Positions 59,228 to 64,000 of a stretch of 64,000 nucleotides of DNA are shown here, piece by piece. A program made the position numbers and the translations under genes. Position 1 is the first letter of the stretch. Every line of letters starts with the position of its first letter. This DNA is from Eledone cirrhosa (lineage: Eukaryota). Where the stretch lies: contig OZ024742.1 in NCBI GenBank assembly GCA_964016885.1, positions 330,336,001 through 330,400,000 of the forward strand. The letters are read 5' to 3'. Below the pieces are notes generated by a model that was given only the letters and a program-made list of their open reading frames with translations, made no database searches and had not been told where the DNA came from.

Positions 59228-59408
59228 TTCTACTTTTGGCACAAGGCCAGCAATTAACCCAGTGTATTACTAGTACTTTAATTTATCGACCCCATAAGGA
59301 TGAAAGGCAAAGTTAACCTCGGCGTGATTTGAACTCAGAATGGCAAGGGCCGTAACTCTATGCGTCAAAGCATGGCGTCCGACGCTCTACCGATACTGCC
59401 AATCCACA
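59228..59408 (-). mobile_element. tRNA-derived SINE, Octopus-type
   Basis: Reverse-complement match to 25650-25830. Confidence 0.8.
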
Positions 59409-60170
59409 AGAATATGCAACCAGTAACTCAGAGATATAAAGCAGACGGATTTATAATGTCGTTATCGATAAACGATGGGGAGCTACGAAAGATCAGAGCG
59501 AGATAAATTTGTAGATACACATGCGTGATCAAGATGTGCCTAGATAAGGGCTATTGTACAAGAACACAGGCTCTGAAGATTGCACAGGCTCTGAAGAATG
59601 ATTTTCCTAATGTCTCCAGGTATTAAATTACTGCTAATAATTTGAAAGAGCAGCAGACATGCTAAACAAGTACGCGAAACATTCTACGAAATTTGTGGAT
59701 ATTTGTGCTCAGAGTTCGAATATATCCCAGGTCTCCTTTGCCTTTCAGATTTCGGGGCCAATACAAAAAAGTACAAGCCGAGCACTAGAGTTGATTCTAC
59801 TATATATATTAATCACTTCCACGCAACACATACACACTTACTAACACAAATAATCTCTCACATTTTCTCTCTTTCCCTGAACGAGATTGGATGTATTCAG
59901 ACTTGTCAAACGAATTGCATCTGTCATGTTACTACAGTGTTACACTAACTGCAGATATGCATAAAACAAACGACAGAATTCTTCTGTGTGGAAGTTTCAA
60001 TTCACTCTCTCTTTGGAATCCATTTCTGCGCTAGTTATACGACAGGAACCCACGTTAAATCAGACGAATATCGGACAAAATTAATATTATAAGTAGAGAG
60101 CAATAAAGACGCGAAGACCCATGACTGTAGTTTAATAACTGAAATAATGAAAAGTATATATCCATGTAAG

Positions 60171-60266
<96 letters not shown>

Positions 60267-60565
60267 AATAAGGGCGCTGCGGAGTTGCAAATGGGTAACA
60301 TATGAAAAAAGTTTGTTCTTCATCAGTGATCTTCCAACTATCATAGGCATTTCATCGCTTCAAAGACCATATACCTCCGGTTGGTGCGAGCAACGGCTAA
60401 AAAAAGTCGTTGGGACACGTAAATAAAGGGGACGCGAGGGTAAACAAACAAAATGGTGAGGCAACAGAAAGTGAGGAAGAAGGAGACAAGTCCCAGATTT
60501 CTATGAATGTAAGTTCGGTGAAATCGTGAACGAGAGAATAAAGACCATCAATATATATATATATA

Positions 60566-60623
<58 letters not shown>

Positions 60624-60627
60624 TATA

Positions 60628-60672
<45 letters not shown>

Positions 60673-60959
60673 ATAAATATATATATAATAAATGAAGAAT
60701 TAGAAATAGAAGCCAAGAATAAACGTCATCAGTTGTCTACTAGCCATCATAGGTATTTATTTGCATTACAGACCATAGTTATTGCATCGCTAGGGCGATA
60801 CAATAACTAAATTAAGTTATTGGGATAAAAAGAGTTGGGTGGAGACAGAGAGACAGCTAAACAAACACGAATGGTGAGGCATCGTAAAGAGAGGAAAACA
60901 TGAGAAAATCAAGTCAATAAATCCTTTTTAACATATATATATGCGTATATATATATATG

Positions 60960-61093
<134 letters not shown>

Positions 61094-61785
61094 CGCACAT
61101 ATGTGTGTATGTGCGCGTATATGTGCGTGCATGTGTGTTTGTGGTTGTTAAAGATATGGTCGACTGAATATAACGTTCAGACTGCATAACAATTATGATG
61201 ATTTAGATATATTAATGTCGGCCTAGAACAATTCAGCATAAAAAACAAGGTAATATCAACGATATACATTTATTTAGATATAGAAAATAGACGAGATATT
61301 AAACGTAAGAATAAAAGTCGCTGACAAATTAATTGACAAAACACAGCCGAAAATACAGAAATGTAAGATTAATAAGATTGTTATAATCATACGATTGAAA
61401 TTGAAATCAAACATTATACCAATTCTGTGGCAATAGGAATACATATTCAAATTTTACAATAATACTTAATATATATATTTCCATATTCGTTATAAACGAA
61501 TGCGTATGATCACAGAAAGAAGAAAAATGATAGCTACATAGAAATTATCAAAAACAAAGCCGAAACATTAAAATATACTTATTTAATATTAACGATTCCT
61601 GCAACTGACTACAAAATATGAAATCAACAAAATGTATATAAAGAAACAATGATGTATTTTCTCAGAAGACAACAGTAATGAGCTAAAAAACAAAATATTA
61701 CTTTGTTACGTTTTATTTCATTTGTCTCATTTGCCCATCGTATTTTCCTATCACATTATACCGGCTTAACACAAAAGGATCTGTC

Positions 61786-62724
<939 letters not shown>

Positions 62725-63543
62725 CACGTACTCAAATGAATTGATATCCACACACTCGGTGGGGATAAGATTCAAAATTATTATTGAATGTTTAATTAAT
62801 TTATTATTATTATGAGAATAGGATTCTCTTAATGATCTTCAGTAACGAAATAGATTTTCCGGCATACGAGAGGGAGCGATGACTCAATCATTATGTTTAA
62901 TGAAATCGTACTAGCAGTTATATAGTGCATTCCTTCGGCGATATATTGTTTAAAATAGACAATCTAAAGTAACCAAGAATTAGGACATCTTGTCTGTTTT
63001 ATTTTCCATACAATTTCATGCCTTTATCAAATTGTTCACGTAGGAATTAACAACGAATACATTGTGGGTATATATTACAATTTCTGAATTAATCCTCCCA
63101 TTAATAGACAGGGCTAAACCAGTTTAATTCTATCGCAAGATACGTGTTGTGGTGATTTAGTGAGGAATGCATTAAGGTAAAAATGGATTACAAGAAGAAA
63201 ATATAATTCCATCTACTCACGTGTAAAGCAATATCATTCAGAATGTGGTGTCTAAATCGAAAGGAAAAGAAAATCGACAATTACTTTATCAGATGTTGTC
63301 ATCAAATTAAATGTTGAAAGCCATTATACATTTCTTTGATCTCATTACACGTTTCAGCAAGGATTAGAGAGATTCTACTGCACTTAGTAATCAGAGCATA
63401 ATCATATTTGTTAGCACCAAACGTCTGAAGAGGGGCGCATTTGGCGGTTATTTTGTGTATATAATCTTTCTCGGTCTCTCACACTTTCTCTCTCTCTATC
63501 TACCACTACCTTATTCTCTCTCTCTCTCTCTCCCCCCCCCCTC

Positions 63544-63619
<76 letters not shown>

Positions 63620-63779
63620 TATATAAGGCAGAAATAAATGGTTGTACATACGTTTAAGGAGTTCGTCCCGTGACAATAGAGTCTCTGGTTCAGCACCATG
63701 GCGCAGTATCTTTTACTAGAGTATCAGATTCAGCAATACTTTGGAAGATAAAATAGGGAGACGTGAAAAATAACAATTA

Positions 63780-63812
<33 letters not shown>

Positions 63813-64000
63813 CATATGTATATATGTGTGTGTGAGCGTGTGCATTTTCATGCGAGTGTGTGCACGTGTGAATGTGTGATGCGAGATTATGGTGGTGTTA
63901 GTGCGGTTGATTTCCCGTAACGTAACGGTTTTCGATACGTGGGATAAAAAAAATATGTTCTCTTAAAAAAATATAGAAGTGCCAACTTAATCGACTAAAC

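Noticed and set aside
60330-60910. Diverged direct repeat with minus-strand CTGATGA near 60320 and 60726
   Set aside because: No matching GAAA or stems found; repeat noted but not called an HHR.

Overview
AT-rich, microsatellite-dense eukaryotic DNA, probably from an octopod cephalopod (inferred from a SINE resembling the common Octopus SINE). I recognise no intact host gene; almost all ORFs in the track are (TA)n/(CA)n/(CT)n translations. Identifiable content: decayed Penelope-like retroelements (PLEs; Neptune-like, Naiad-like and Nematis-like RT/GIY-YIG remnants), RTE-LINE and maT/Tc1 remnants, SINEs and a probable Helentron-associated element. The main signal is non-coding: about 40 type I hammerhead ribozyme (HHR) motifs, including degenerate ones, from about 12 unrelated repeat families. 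They sit in elements inserted into (TA)n tracts. Two are near-identical retrozyme-like concatemers (591-bp and 496-bp units) that reverse orientation mid-array, and six are fold-backs. All share one polarity: ribozyme-sense strands point outward, so both 3' ends face (TA)n. This suggests bidirectional (twin) target-primed reverse transcription of self-cleaved, possibly circular, RNAs by PLE machinery. The 591-bp family carries a compensatory U3-A8 catalytic core variant. All structures were folded by eye and none is tested for activity.
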